Assembly: GCA_043228905.1 (NCBI GenBank) | Contig: JBHGNT010000003.1 | Location: 9,796,001 to 9,860,000, forward strand | Reading direction: 5' to 3' | DNA: 64,000 nucleotides | Origin: Azolla caroliniana | Taxonomy: Eukaryota; Plantae; Polypodiophyta | Shown here: piece after piece, positions 13,501 through 25,700 of the stretch | How the letters are laid out: every line of letters begins with the position of its first letter | Numbering within the stretch: the stretch's first letter is position 1 | Position numbers and translations under genes: made by a program | Notes under the pieces: generated by a model | The model's input: only the letters and a program-made list of their open reading frames with translations | The model's database searches: none | What the model was told of the DNA's origin: nothing

Positions 13501-15439
13501 AGTTTATGTTGCATTAACTCTCTCCATATCTTATTTTGCTCGGATGACAACACACTTGATGCCAGCTCAGCTCCTGGCGTCCCCTTAGTGTCCTCATCTT
13601 CGTTTGAGCTTGATGAGTAAGAGTGTGACATTTTAGTGGTCTTCTTTTTTGCTGGTCTTGATTGCACTTTAGATGCCCATTTTGGGGCCTTCACTAGGGA
13701 GGGCAAGGGCTCCCTTAGAGTTACATGGCCTTGTATATAAGGCCTCAAGGTGACAATAAGGTTTTGTGAGCTTTCTAGATCTTTTTTAAAAGATTCTGGC
13801 CCACAAGATTCCTTTACTAGTAGATCTTTAGAAAGGTACACTTTACGTACCCCCTTAGAGCACTCAATCATTACAAGTATGTTGGCTGAATCTGAATCTT
13901 CGTAGTCAAATCTTAGAATATGGCCATACATAAATGTGGTTTCATTTTCAAGCTAACCTTCTCCCTTCTTCTTTGCTGTATACAACACAACTTTTTTCTT
14001 GGAGTCGACGTATTGCATACACCATTCCTTGTCCATTAGAACACGGTTAGGAAGGTTCTCACCACCAGTAGTTGCTAACATTTTCTTTTGGTTGACCTCA
14101 TTGGATGGTTGAGATTTTGTCTCCTTGTTGAAGAGAAGCTTTTTTCCTCTCTTCATGTTCTCAGGAACTACTAGGGTCTGGGTTTCAATTGGAGAGCCAT
14201 GTATCTGGAGCTTTATCTTCTTTAGAGGTCGGTCCGACAAGTTCTCAAACAACCTATTTAAGAAAGGACATGCGAAAACATAAGTTAGGTGGTCACGTAG
14301 ATTAAGGTTGTATATTAAAATATACATAATTAGATGAAGACTAAAACTAGCAGGCGATTTGTGGTAAACTATAAATATCAATCATGTATTGAGTGAACAT
14401 GATAGTCCTTTATTTGGAAATCCATTCTAGTAAGGGCTATTCAACTTCGAAAATTATATATCTTAATAAGTATACAAGGATATATATCATCTTGAAGGGT
14501 AGGTATGGCTTATATTGATTCTATATCCTTATTGTAGAGAATTTGCATATTACAGACTTAAATTGGGTATAATATAGGTAATTCTTGGGTTATTTTCTAT
14601 TATTTTAAGCTATAATAGGTCATAAAACCTGTTTAAGTAAGGCCCCTAGTTATTACAAAATATGGCAAATGTCACTAAAAAAGTTTGAATTTACCAGAAA
14701 GTTTGGTATCTTTCCACACATATACTAAATTGTTCCCCCAAAGACACAATATTCTTGTTTAAAATTTGAGTTTTGTACAGTAACTCGATATGCCGTATCG
14801 AGTTCTTGTATAAAGTTCATGTTTATAAAGGAACTCGATACAGGGTATCGAGTTACACATACTTTACATAGGAATTCGATACGAACTCAATACGTCGTAT
14901 CGAGTTCCTGTGCAAAACATAAACTTTAAACAGGAACTTGATACGGCGTATCGAGTTCCTTTATAAAACACATACTTTACATAGGAACTCGATACGGCAT
15001 ATCGAGTTCCTGTATAAAACACAAACTTTTTACAAGAACTCGATAGTTCCTATATGAAACAAGAACTTTATACAAGAACTCGATAGTTCCTATATGAAAC
15101 AAGAACTTTATACAAGAACTCGATACGTCGTTTTCGTGTGTTTTTTTATACACGATATGAAAACTAGTAAAATAATTATTTACGATTAGCTTAATATATG
15201 GATATGGAAAGATAGATGTGTTAAAGAGCTTCATAGCGTATTTTACTACGCATAAAACCGATAAACAAGTATCAAGTTATGTGAGTGTGAAGTTTGAAGA
15301 AAAGAAAAGAAAAGACAAAATTGTGAGATATCCCACATAAATAGGACAACATTGGAACCCATAATATATAAGGGAAACCAAAACATATTCATTCTATCAA
15401 TGTGTGGAGCATAGGATGTTCAAGGTGACTTGTGCTACA

Positions 15440-15900
15440 CTATGTGGTGTGCACGTTTTGGGTGTACGCGCGTGTGCATGGACGCGTGGACGTTTTCGGA
15501 AGTACGCGCACATGGACGTCTTCGGATGTACGTGCGTGTGCAAGTTTCGGGCGTATGCGTGGATGTTTCGGACGTACGCGTATGTGCGAATGCGTGTGTG
15601 TGCACGTGCTCATGTGTGGACGTACGCGTGGATGTTTCGGACGGACGCGCATGTGCGGCGCCGACGCGTGTGTGCGCACACGCGCACGCGTGGATGCGCA
15701 CACTACGGCGCGGACGAGACTTTTGTGCGCGGATGCGTATATGGTGCGGGTTGGACGCGCGTGCGCGTAGATGCGTACACTACGGCGCGGTCGGGACGTG
15801 CGCATGCGTGGATACGTACACTACTACGCGGTCGAGACTTTTGCGCAGTGACACGTCTATGGTTTGGTTGCGACGCACGTACGGATTGCGCACGGGCTAA
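15440..15900. repeat. CpG-rich alternating purine/pyrimidine degenerate minisatellite
   Basis: Recurrent GTACGCGTGGATGTTTCGGAC and CACTACGGCGCGG units; long (TG/CG/CA) runs. Confidence 0.85.
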
Positions 15901-15944
15901 ACTTTATGGATGATTGTGTCATTTGGCCGAATTATACGGACAAT

Positions 15945-16080
15945 CGCATGCAACCAAAAGCCAAGGCCATGCAACTAAAAGTAAAAGGCATGCATCTAAA
16001 AATGGAAGCATGCAACTAAAAGCAGAGGCCATGCAACTAAAAATAGAGGCCATCCAACTAAAAGGTGGCATGCAAAGTAA
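15945..16080. repeat. ~21-22-bp tandem repeat GGCCATGCAACTAAAA
   Basis: About seven degenerate CATGCAACTAAAA units. Confidence 0.85.
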
Positions 16081-17743
16081 CATTGGGGAGGAGGATCAAC
16101 GAGGAGCTCAATATATGTCCCATTTTTTCCCTCCTAGTTTTTTCCCCCCCGTTTTTTTTCTTCTTCCCTCTCGGATTCGAGAAACAAATTATCTCACATA
16201 TTGATATCAAACTCCTAGCTTTGTTTACTTGATGTTTCTTGTCAAAAATTATCTCTGGCATTCATATCGGACCACTCCTTGCATGGTTGTTGGATCCTTT
16301 CTTTGAAAATTAATCTCTCATTTCTATACCCAACCCATTGTAACACGATTCTAAAATTACAAAGAATCGATTTTCTTTTGCAATAAACTAATGATTTGTC
16401 TCTCCCACTTGTCTTATGCTTAAAGCTTGCTTGTGTTGTACATGTTGCTCTAAATCCTTCTAGTCCAGAACCCCGGTGGTTCCGTCTCACGATCCGCACA
16501 TAGGGACGGATTTTCACGACACCGTATCAAGTTCCTGTATAAAACACGGACCTTATACAGGAACTCGATAGGCCGTATCGAGTTCCTATATAAAACACGA
16601 ACATAATACAGGAACTCGATACGGTGTATCGATTTCCTGTTGAAAACGCAAACTTTATACATGAACTTGATATGGCGTATCAAGTTCTTGTTTAAAACAA
16701 AAACTTTAAACAAGAACTCGATACGGTGTATCGAGTTCCTGTTGAAAACACAAACTTTGTATCGAGTTCCTGTTTAAATAAATTTTTTTAAACAGGAACT
16801 CGATACGCCGTATCGAGTTCTTGAGTGCCAAAACATATTTACAAAAATGTCCAGAGTGTCAGACGCTTAAATAGGAACTCGATACGGCGTATAAATTTTG
16901 TGTTTTAAACAGGAACTCAGTATGCTGTATCGAGTTCTTGAGTGCCAAAACATATTTACAAAAATGTCCATAGTGTCAGACGCTTACCTGGAGTCTTGGC
17001 ACTCGATTTTCTTTGAAGACATGGTGGATGTTGTCGATGCTTAGGGGGAGATCTCAGTTTGGTGCTTCGTGCTCTGTGTGCTCTTGTGCTCTGTTTTGCG
17101 TGTGTGCTTCGTGTGATTGAAATATGAGGAGGTCTTCCTATTTATAGGGATTGACCACAGTGGTTAAAGTAACCATAGTCACTTTAACCAGGGTTGGCAA
17201 CCTTAAGGTTAGTTAGTTAGTAACCACAATCACTTTAACTAGAGTTACTTTATTTAGTACCTAATCTTGAGTGTACCAATCACTCTCTAATGGATTTGAA
17301 ATAAATGATGCTTATGAATGCATCAATGATTAAATAGTCAAACTAACATAATAATGATTATTTTATTAACACGTTCGTGTTCAGAAGTGGAAGTATCGCG
17401 CAAAAATGGAAGGATAAGGAATATTCCCTCAAATTTGGGGGTTTAGATACTCTATTCACAAAATGTAATGATACCATTATCACATGTTCTCAAAATGTCG
17501 TTGGAAAACCTCAAAAAATCATCATTTCCTAAACTTGGAAAAATGCTAAAATTATGCTACAATCGAAATGGTACAATGTTCACTATCACTGAGAAGTCAA
17601 GAAGTAATGTATTTAATGTCTGTACAAAGCAATAATATTTCTAAACATAATTTACGCATATTTCGAGTATTACAAACGACACTCTCTTACATTAGATACC
17701 AAAATATCATTGAGGAGTGTAAAATTTACAAAAATCACTCGTA

Positions 17744-20700
17744 TCATGATCCAGAGTCGCTACAATAACTAATATACAATGCAGATTGTTCCTCGCCATC
17801 TTCGGATGTACCTATTAAGGCATTGTCTTCATCTAAAACTAGATGTTGACATTCCATGTTATGTATAGACCATCTTGTTTGCCTTCAACATGAGACCCCT
17901 TGTAGAATAGGTAATTTCTCCTTGATAATATCTATTGTAGACTTCCTAAGACATCCAACTTTTGTTAGTGTGAAGTCGTAAACAATAATATCTACGTCAC
18001 CAATGTCTAGGCATGAAGTGCTACAAATATTTCTTTTCCTCTTCTATTCCCCCTTGACCGTGGACATTCCATCATCTCTAAAGAATACTTGCTAGTAAAG
18101 GCATTTTTGCTTTTAGTGTTGTACCAATGCACCTTTATAGACTGGATTTGGCTTTGGTTCTCATGCATCACCACATCCAAAACCTTACCAATCCAAAATT
18201 GATGTCCCAGCTCATTATCATCAGCAGGTGTAGCAATTAACATACCCATGTTCAATTCTTGCAAGTTCCCTTGCCACCTTGCTTCCGCTATTTTTGTCAG
18301 CCTGGGTCCAACATATATGTCCCTTTGTGGTGGATGGAGCAAGCTATCATTAATTGCATTAGGTGCAAGAGGAGAAGTCTGAGAATTATGACATTGTTGT
18401 ATATTCCAGGTGAAGGGTATTTGCACGGTGTCGTGCCTTTCGGCTCCGAATCGTTGCATGAGTCGGGCAGGAACCATTGAGGTTTTGGACTAGGAGAAAA
18501 GAAAATTCTAAGGCAATTAAGAATATGAAATATATTGTAAGAAAGAAAGATATGAAAAACTCGTGAATCCCACGAGTATAGTGTATTAGTGAGTACTCGG
18601 ATTAAGAGAGAAAAATAGTTAGCAAATTCGTGAATCCCACGAATATATTATATTAATCACCCCTTGTAAAATAATCAACAACCCCATACATCTTTTTCTC
18701 CTCCTTATATAAGGATGGAAGAGGCTAAGCATAGCTTCATACTTTTTCTAAAGTGTTCATACACACTAAATGTGCACGAGTAATTTTTTTATTGGTGTAC
18801 GTTTTTCTTATAAATAAAGTATTCATGCATTCTAAAAATGCATGAATTACCTTTTAATAAAGGTAGGCGTAAATAAAGGTCTTATACGTATTAAATCTAT
18901 ATTTAAAACACTTAGGATAAGTTAGTACATTGGTAAGGTTGGGGTTTGTCTACGTAGAAGTATAGGGTTTGAATCTTGCCCTATGCACGTAATAAATATT
19001 TTTAATATTTTATTTTATTTATTTTATGTACTTTAAATCAGATATAGTATTTTACATATTTCACGTAGTGTGTGATTCACACTATGATAACAGTCCAAGT
19101 ACCAAGGACACAATTGTCAACAATTTGTTCTTGACCTTTAAAGAACACATCCCACCATGATGTGTCTTGTTCCATAGCATACTTCTTCGCATTGTCAATG
19201 TGCTTGCGTTTGGCTTGCAGCGCTTGCATCCAAATATCCTTTGGATTATCAACTAGTACATTGGTGACAACTTTCTTAGTCTCAATCGGCATTTGTCCTG
19301 CACCATAAACAAAAGTGGAAGGCATATGAAGTAGAAATTGACACCCGCCTTCAGGCTCCCATTGGGGGGAGGATGAATACTGCTTTGCATATAATAATGT
19401 ACAACCACTATGATCATTTTTATTTATTAAGAATACGTGGTTGAAACTTATATTATTTAAGGGCGCTAACACTTTGGCATTTCGCTCACCACCATCTAAT
19501 ATGTATCTCTTGAAATCATATATTTCCTTCAAGTGTTCCACGATTGGGCGTGGCGTATATGCATCACGAATGATGTTGAACAACTTAGGTAACGTAAAAG
19601 CATCATATCGTGATAACTGCCTAGAGAAGTTACTAAACATCTGATCGATATGGTCATGTGTGTGACCAACCAATAGAAAGTTAACTTTCACTTTCCTAAA
19701 AATTCCTTGGTTCACTAGCATACTTAGATAACCAAACACCATAGAATTTTTGTTTTCCCGAGCAGTATTGTCTAGTTGAATATATAAAACCGGTGGCAAA
19801 GACTGCCCCCAAGACATCAATACTTTTTGAATCACAGTGATTGTTAAATTATGGTCATTGTGGAAATTTGGGTAGGTGACGAAGACATGAGGCTTCACAC
19901 TTCCATTATAGGCTAAACAACCCACCAAGTGCATTTGCACGAGACAATCGTCGTTGACATATTTAGGAAGACGTTTAAGATGAGGTAGACACGTCTTCTT
20001 TTGGTCCATTCCATCTATCATTAAACATATGTACTTACTTGGATTGTTTATCGACTTTTCCCTATGGTGCATAGCTCTTTTTCACTCTAATGCTTGGGCT
20101 TCTTGGTGATCTTGTAACAATTTCTTATTTAGCTCCTTCTCTGTCACTATCTTTGCCCCTTTACACACGCTCTTTAGGTTTGCACATATTGAACAATACC
20201 CCATACGTACTTTACGAGGTATAATAACATTACGTGCAATGTCCACAACCTTGTGAACTGACTGTAGGTGACATACTTGTCACAACAAGTTGACATTTCC
20301 AATATATAGGAATCATAAACTTCTCGACGTGTGTAATTGTCAGAGAGATGCAACCTACCGGTAGTTGGCATTATCTCACAATTGAACTTGAAGTATGTCT
20401 TCATCCAGCAGATCGCATTTCTACCTAATGCACCCTTCATACTTGGCAAATTATCATCTTCAATAGGATTGTTGCCATTTAAAACTCTTTGTTGCACTCT
20501 ATGTAATCTCATGTTGCTAACACAAAGTGCGATCTTGAATGCCACTCTACAACATTGTCGTGCCGTAAAAAGGTAATACTCGAAAGAGATCGAGATATCT
20601 GAGGCTTTGTCTGACACCATTTGTAAGTGTGTCATAAGATAGGTGTCTTGTTCATTACCATTAAGTGAAAAATAGTAACGTCTCAAAGACCGCAAGTTTT

Positions 20701-21157
20701 GCTTTCCAATCATCGCCATACACCCACGAGCACAACATGTCTTTTTAACATCTACGGTAAGTAGAGCCTCAGATGTCACTAAAGCAAATTGTTCTTGACT
20801 AATACGTCTTGAGACCCTTTTGAAAAATAAGGGGCTCATTGACCTATTTTCATCCTTAGCTGATATTGGTGTGTCCTCCTCTTGGCGCACATTTGTTCTC
20901 TGTTGCTGGGTAGAAATACTTTCGGGACTTTGACAATCACCTACATTCTCACCCGAGTCCGCGTATGGGTCATACTCTTCAATTGAGAATTCAAGGCATC
21001 TTGTCGTATTGACTGGACTGTCGGAGATTATATACTCCTCAACGGAGAAATTAGAATCTTGAGACCAATGGTATTCTTCTACCGAAAACCCTAGAGAAGG
21101 TGAGGAATCTGATGACAGTTGATATTCCTCAACAGAAAAGGGTGAATTATTTCCCAT
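17744..21157 (-). pseudogene. DDD transposase (Sola1-like) of the inner element, frameshifted and split by a solo LTR
   Basis: Motifs CLMIDGMDQKK, LYIQLDNTARENKN, FLLVGHTHDHIDQMFS; Cys-rich CCARGC and CRVAF region; N-terminal FSVEEY repeats; colinear with 35481-38265. Confidence 0.88.
18429..19089 (-). mobile_element. Solo LTR (AT-rich) inside the inner transposase gene
   Basis: Ends TGTCGTG...TATGATA on +, 4-bp TSD ACGG/ACAG. Removal restores CVLGTWTVQIPFTW, matching CVFGDNWNLETPFTW of the other copy. Confidence 0.75.
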
Positions 21158-22727
21158 TGTTTGAGGTTCTAATATCCTTTATATTTCACTCCCTAAGCAT
21201 ACAAATTGTAAGACATACTTAAACTACAAATAGAATTCTAAGGAAATATATATGTCCACGTCACATAATTGCATAATACCACTATCCTCACCCAATTAGT
21301 GAATGTTCTCAAAATCAAAATCATTAGACTACCATAAATGTAGATAAGTATTCTCAATCATAGGACTAACCTTGCACATGTATTAAATCATAATAAGTAC
21401 TAGATCATAATAGGTACTAAATCATAATACACATAAGTATGAAATCATAACTACTAGATCATAATGATCATATTACACATAAAGTATAAAGATAATCATT
21501 ATTTTATGATAATAATAAATACAAATTCTAAGATAAATAACTAAAGACACTATTGGCATTTAATTCTAACCATGGTTACTTTTTTAACTATGGTCCCTTC
21601 CCCTCCCATAAATAGAACCGACCTCTCTTTTTCATTCCCCACAGTTGAGCGTAACCACTCTCCAGAGCGCCAAAGCACAGACGTGAGAACTCCCAAGATA
21701 CCTCACGCATCCCCGAACTGACACGATCATCATGTCGAGCAAAAAGACTGCCCGTTTTGACACCAGGTAGGATCTAAACCCTAAACTGTACGGACATATG
21801 ACCATCTACATGCTTTATATTTTGTATTAGAACTCGTTACGCCGTATTTAGTGGCTCCTAAGGCTAGAACTATATACGTTGTATCGAGTTAAGACGCCCA
21901 ACTCGATACGTCGTATCGAGTTATGTCCCCCAACTCGGTACGTCGTATCGAATTGTTGCCCTAGGTGTCACAACTCGTTACGCCGTATTGAATTGGGGGA
22001 TATAACTCGTTACGACGTATCGCGTTGTCATGGAGAAAACCGTCCCTAGGAGGAAACGAGAGAAACCATGCACGAACCGGCCCTTCCATGTGTGGGCGTG
22101 TGAATCGATAACTTGTACATAATTATGTGTAGGGCGGCTGATGTAAATATACTAGGTGCGACACATTTATTAGGAAATCGATGCGTATCTTTGTCCGAAG
22201 GGACAGAGAATAAAGTAATGTGAATGTGACTGAAGGAGAGGGGACTCCCCCCCCAACGACCGAGATAAGGAAGACGAGATGGAAGAACAGACCATCGTGT
22301 GTTAACGAGGACGAAGTGCTGCCGGACCGTGTACCAAGCTCTTTCTGTCTCTCCTCCTTCGGTTGTCATTCTTTGCGTGTTTCGGAGATCGTCGCCTCTA
22401 CTTCGTGGACAGCCCATGCGCTTCCATCAGAGGCTCTCCCTTCATATTTCTGTGTTTGGCGTGTGACATCTGTGTGTGTGTGTGTGGACTCCTATGTAGG
22501 GTCCATTGTCGGTGTGCCGATTGTAATCGTTATTGGTGTTATAATCGAATTGTTCTGTTTCCTCTCTCTCTCTTTCATTGTGTTCAGCAAAACGCTCTCT
22601 CTCTCTCTCCTCTCTCACGCTCCTTGGTTCAGGGCCCCTGCGGTGCCGTCTTATTTCACCCGCGAAAGCGTAGTAACACAACATATTTGGTGAACCTGAC
22701 GTGAAGGAGGTGGCAAAGGAGTTGAAG

Positions 22728-25700
22728 ATGAGGGGATCTGAGCTTGCTGAAGCTATGGCATTAGCCGTTGACCAGCTAGTGAGCACTTGTGAGGGAACAA
22801 CTACCCTCGACAGAGCCATAGAATCGATTGTCGGCAGCATAGGCCGATTTGGTGGTAAGAACACCACGAGCTATTTGGAGGCCTATCGGGCCAAGATGAT
22901 CATGAGAGACATCCCTGAAGATAGGCAGTTGTCCAGATTCCCTCGAATGGTGACGCTGAGCATCCATGCAAAGGTGCTCGAGGTGCTGGCCGGATGCCAG
23001 ACGTGGGAGGTTTTCGGGGAGCGGCTCCTTGAAAAGTATGGGTTCGACGACTCGCTTCGACTGTCGAAGCGGGACTTCATGGCATGGGTCGAAAGCCCTG
23101 GGAAGGGGAGGATCACATTGGCGCTCCTTCGGGAATTCGAAATGCGGTTCGCGCGGTTGTCGGCGTTAGACTGGACCGTGCTCGATACGAGCCGGGTACT
23201 GCTGTTCGTCAAAGCGGTTGACGCATTGGATAGAGAGAAGGTAGGTCTCTTGTTGGAGACCAATGGAGGGCTCACGACTGACTGGGCCGTGGTTAAAGGA
23301 GTCTGTAGCCGTTTCGACAAACGGCAGGAGTGGAGTGATGAAGGGTCGTCGGCAGCAAGGCCCATCCCGGCAAGGCAGTTCGAGGAGCCTTCGCCGGCAC
23401 GAAAAGAAGAAACCTGAAACTGGCTTGAGACGGGGTCGGCGTCAAGCGGTGTGGTCCCTCCGAAGGGACGACGCTGGAAGAATTGACACAAATGGTGCGC
23501 GACCTCCAGATCGCACATGCACGATGAGAGAGTGGCGACCAGTCTCGCGATCAAAGGCCACCGGTAGGGCAGCGATGCATATGGTGCGACGCATTCGGCC
23601 ATGCCCGTAGAGACTGCGCGGATTTCACAGATGCGCTTAGAACTAACACGGTGTACCTCTAGGGTGGCCAGGTGCACTCCAACGAGCTCGGAGAGCCCTG
23701 GAAGTGAATATCAGGCGTGGTGGAATGAAGAGTCTGATGGAAGAGGCCGCCGCGCGACACACTCAGGCCGTGAATTATGCGGCGTCGGTAGGAATCCGGG
23801 TCGGGGGCAACGAAGGACAGAGGGCAAGCCACTCCGGGTTCTGGCCACTGGTGCTAGAAGGCCTCTCTGGAGTATGGTTGAAGAAGGAAGAAGCGGACCG
23901 CGTGGAGCAACGGATCCGAGAAGAGACCGGGTGGGAGGACCCGATCGAAGAAAAGTCTGGCTTCGTAGAAGCTGCATGCCAGAACTACGAGGTTCTGGTG
24001 GAAGACAAGCGCGTGGGAAAGGCTGGAGGGGCCGGTCCCTCACAATGGTACGACACCCAGTTTGGTCCGAAAAAGAGTGATGGCGGCAATTCCGGCATAC
24101 TAGACAAGGCCAAGCCTTCCGGGTACTGGCTAAGCACCGAGATAGAAAGCACGATAGACTTGTGGAAGGTCCTCGAAGAGCGGATCCTCGACAACAAGGT
24201 GGACTTGTCACTGAGGGAGGTGCTTGGAATCACCAAGAAGGAGGTCCACGACTCCATTGTGGACTTGGTGAAGCGCAAACGGCTCTCCGCGGAACCGGAA
24301 CTGGAGAAGCCCGTAGAGGTGCGGACTATGCACTTAGAGGATGCGGTCTTGGAGGACGAGTTGGCGGAAAGCCATTATTCTAAATTACACTGGGCCAGAG
24401 CCACTACCGAGACCCCTGTCGGGGTCGGGGATGTGCAAGAGCCGGTAATGGCACTAATAGACCATGGATCCGAGATCAATCTGATGTCCATGGACTTTTA
24501 CAAGAAGGGGAAATGGCCGATCAACACCAAACACGGCTGGAAGATACGCGCGGCGACCCGTGCTACGGAGGAGCTACACGGGGCGTGCCCGAACGTATGC
24601 GTGAAGATCGGCGATGTCGAGATAGACCAACACGTTTTTGTGCAAGAGACGTCCTCACACCTAGTGATACTCGGCGAACCATACATCATGGCAACAGGCA
24701 TGGAGACAAAGGTGCTCGACAACGGCTCGGCATACGCGCGCATGAAGACTCAAGATGGACGACACTTCTTCCAATTTCTGACCGTGAGACCGAATCATGA
24801 GCGTAACCATGAGACTCTCGGCGGCAACAGCCGAGGGGATTTTTAAAGAGGGCTATCAAGGCGTGGGGCCGCGATAGTCCGTACACGCCGGAGGAACCCC
24901 ACACCTGTACCATAGGTAGGAAATTTTGGCTCTCTGACAACGGAGGTTGTACATTAACTGGCATCAGTAGCAGGGAGAAGAAGAAGGTGGAGGAGCGGCT
25001 CAGGTCATGCGGGGCTCTCCACCTCGATGAAGAAATTAGCGGCACCGTGGAGGCGGTCTCGTTTGACGACACCTTGGGAGAGCTATGCGGTGTAGTCGAT
25101 GAGGGCCTTAGTGGAGATCGGATGATTCCGGTCAGCTCAGTGGAAATGTACGAAGTCATTGCGGACTTTGGGGAACGGATCAGGTCGGATCGGACGGCTT
25201 GCGTAAGTACGAAGTACAGGACTGTGGACCGGAAGGTGAGGCCCATTGCGGCACCCTTGCTGGAGGGCAACGAGAAGCGTATAAAGGGGGTCGCGTCGGA
25301 CCCAAGTTTACGGAATCCGGCCAGCATAGGACACCGGTTCACTGACATAACGCTACGGGAGCTCAAGGTTGGTGGGGGTGGGTTTCTACTGCCGGCGGAG
25401 GAGGACAGGTTTCGGAGAATGCTCGGAAGGCACGGGAAAGCCTTCGCATTCTCGCCGGAGGAGATCGGGTGCGTAGACCCGACAATCGTAGAATCGATGG
25501 TGATCTTCACGGTACCGCACATACCGTGGAATCTCAAACCGATTCCGGTGCCTAAAGCTGATGGAGCTGCTGAAACAGAAGGTGGAAATGGGCATCCTCG
25601 AACCGTCGAGTGCCCCATATTCGAATTGGTGGTTTACCGTGCCAAAGAAGAATGGCACACTGCGCTTCATATAGGACCTGCAGTCGGTCAACAAGGTGAC

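Larger units (their letters stand above)
15132..16521 (+). mobile_element. Solo-LTR-like composite insertion with internal low-complexity repeats
   Basis: Ends T(T)TCGTG...CACGACA, 4-bp TSD TCGT/CCGT. The 3' end CCCCGGTGGTTCCG..ACGACA resembles the LTR ends at 44268 and 50164. Segment 15315-15435 resembles 43335-43455. Confidence 0.65.
14782..16940. repeat. Array of palindromes (ACAGG)AACTCGATAC-nnn-GTATCGAGTT(CCTGT), ~51-bp period, in intron 1 of copy B; split by the insert 15132-16521
   Basis: Units are visible at 14782-15131 and 16522-16940; spacers are near-constant AT-rich sequence. Confidence 0.93.
11019..17022 (-). pseudogene. Copy B of the six-exon ParB-like/beta-class DNA amino-methyltransferase gene
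   Basis: Exon 1 17022-16988 (MSSKKIECQDS, GTAAG donor); exon 2 starts at 14253. YFVIGGSHSAAARRQ ParB-like motif, IADIPY motif IV (~12040-12065), PYQKPQRLMMRLIEMFS..DWILDLFSGTG motifs X/I (~11460-11560). Intron positions match copy C. Scattered stops and frameshifts. Confidence 0.9.

Noticed and set aside
15404-15913. Several overlapping 90-170-aa ORFs
   Set aside because: Artefacts of a stop-poor alternating purine/pyrimidine repeat, open in most frames.
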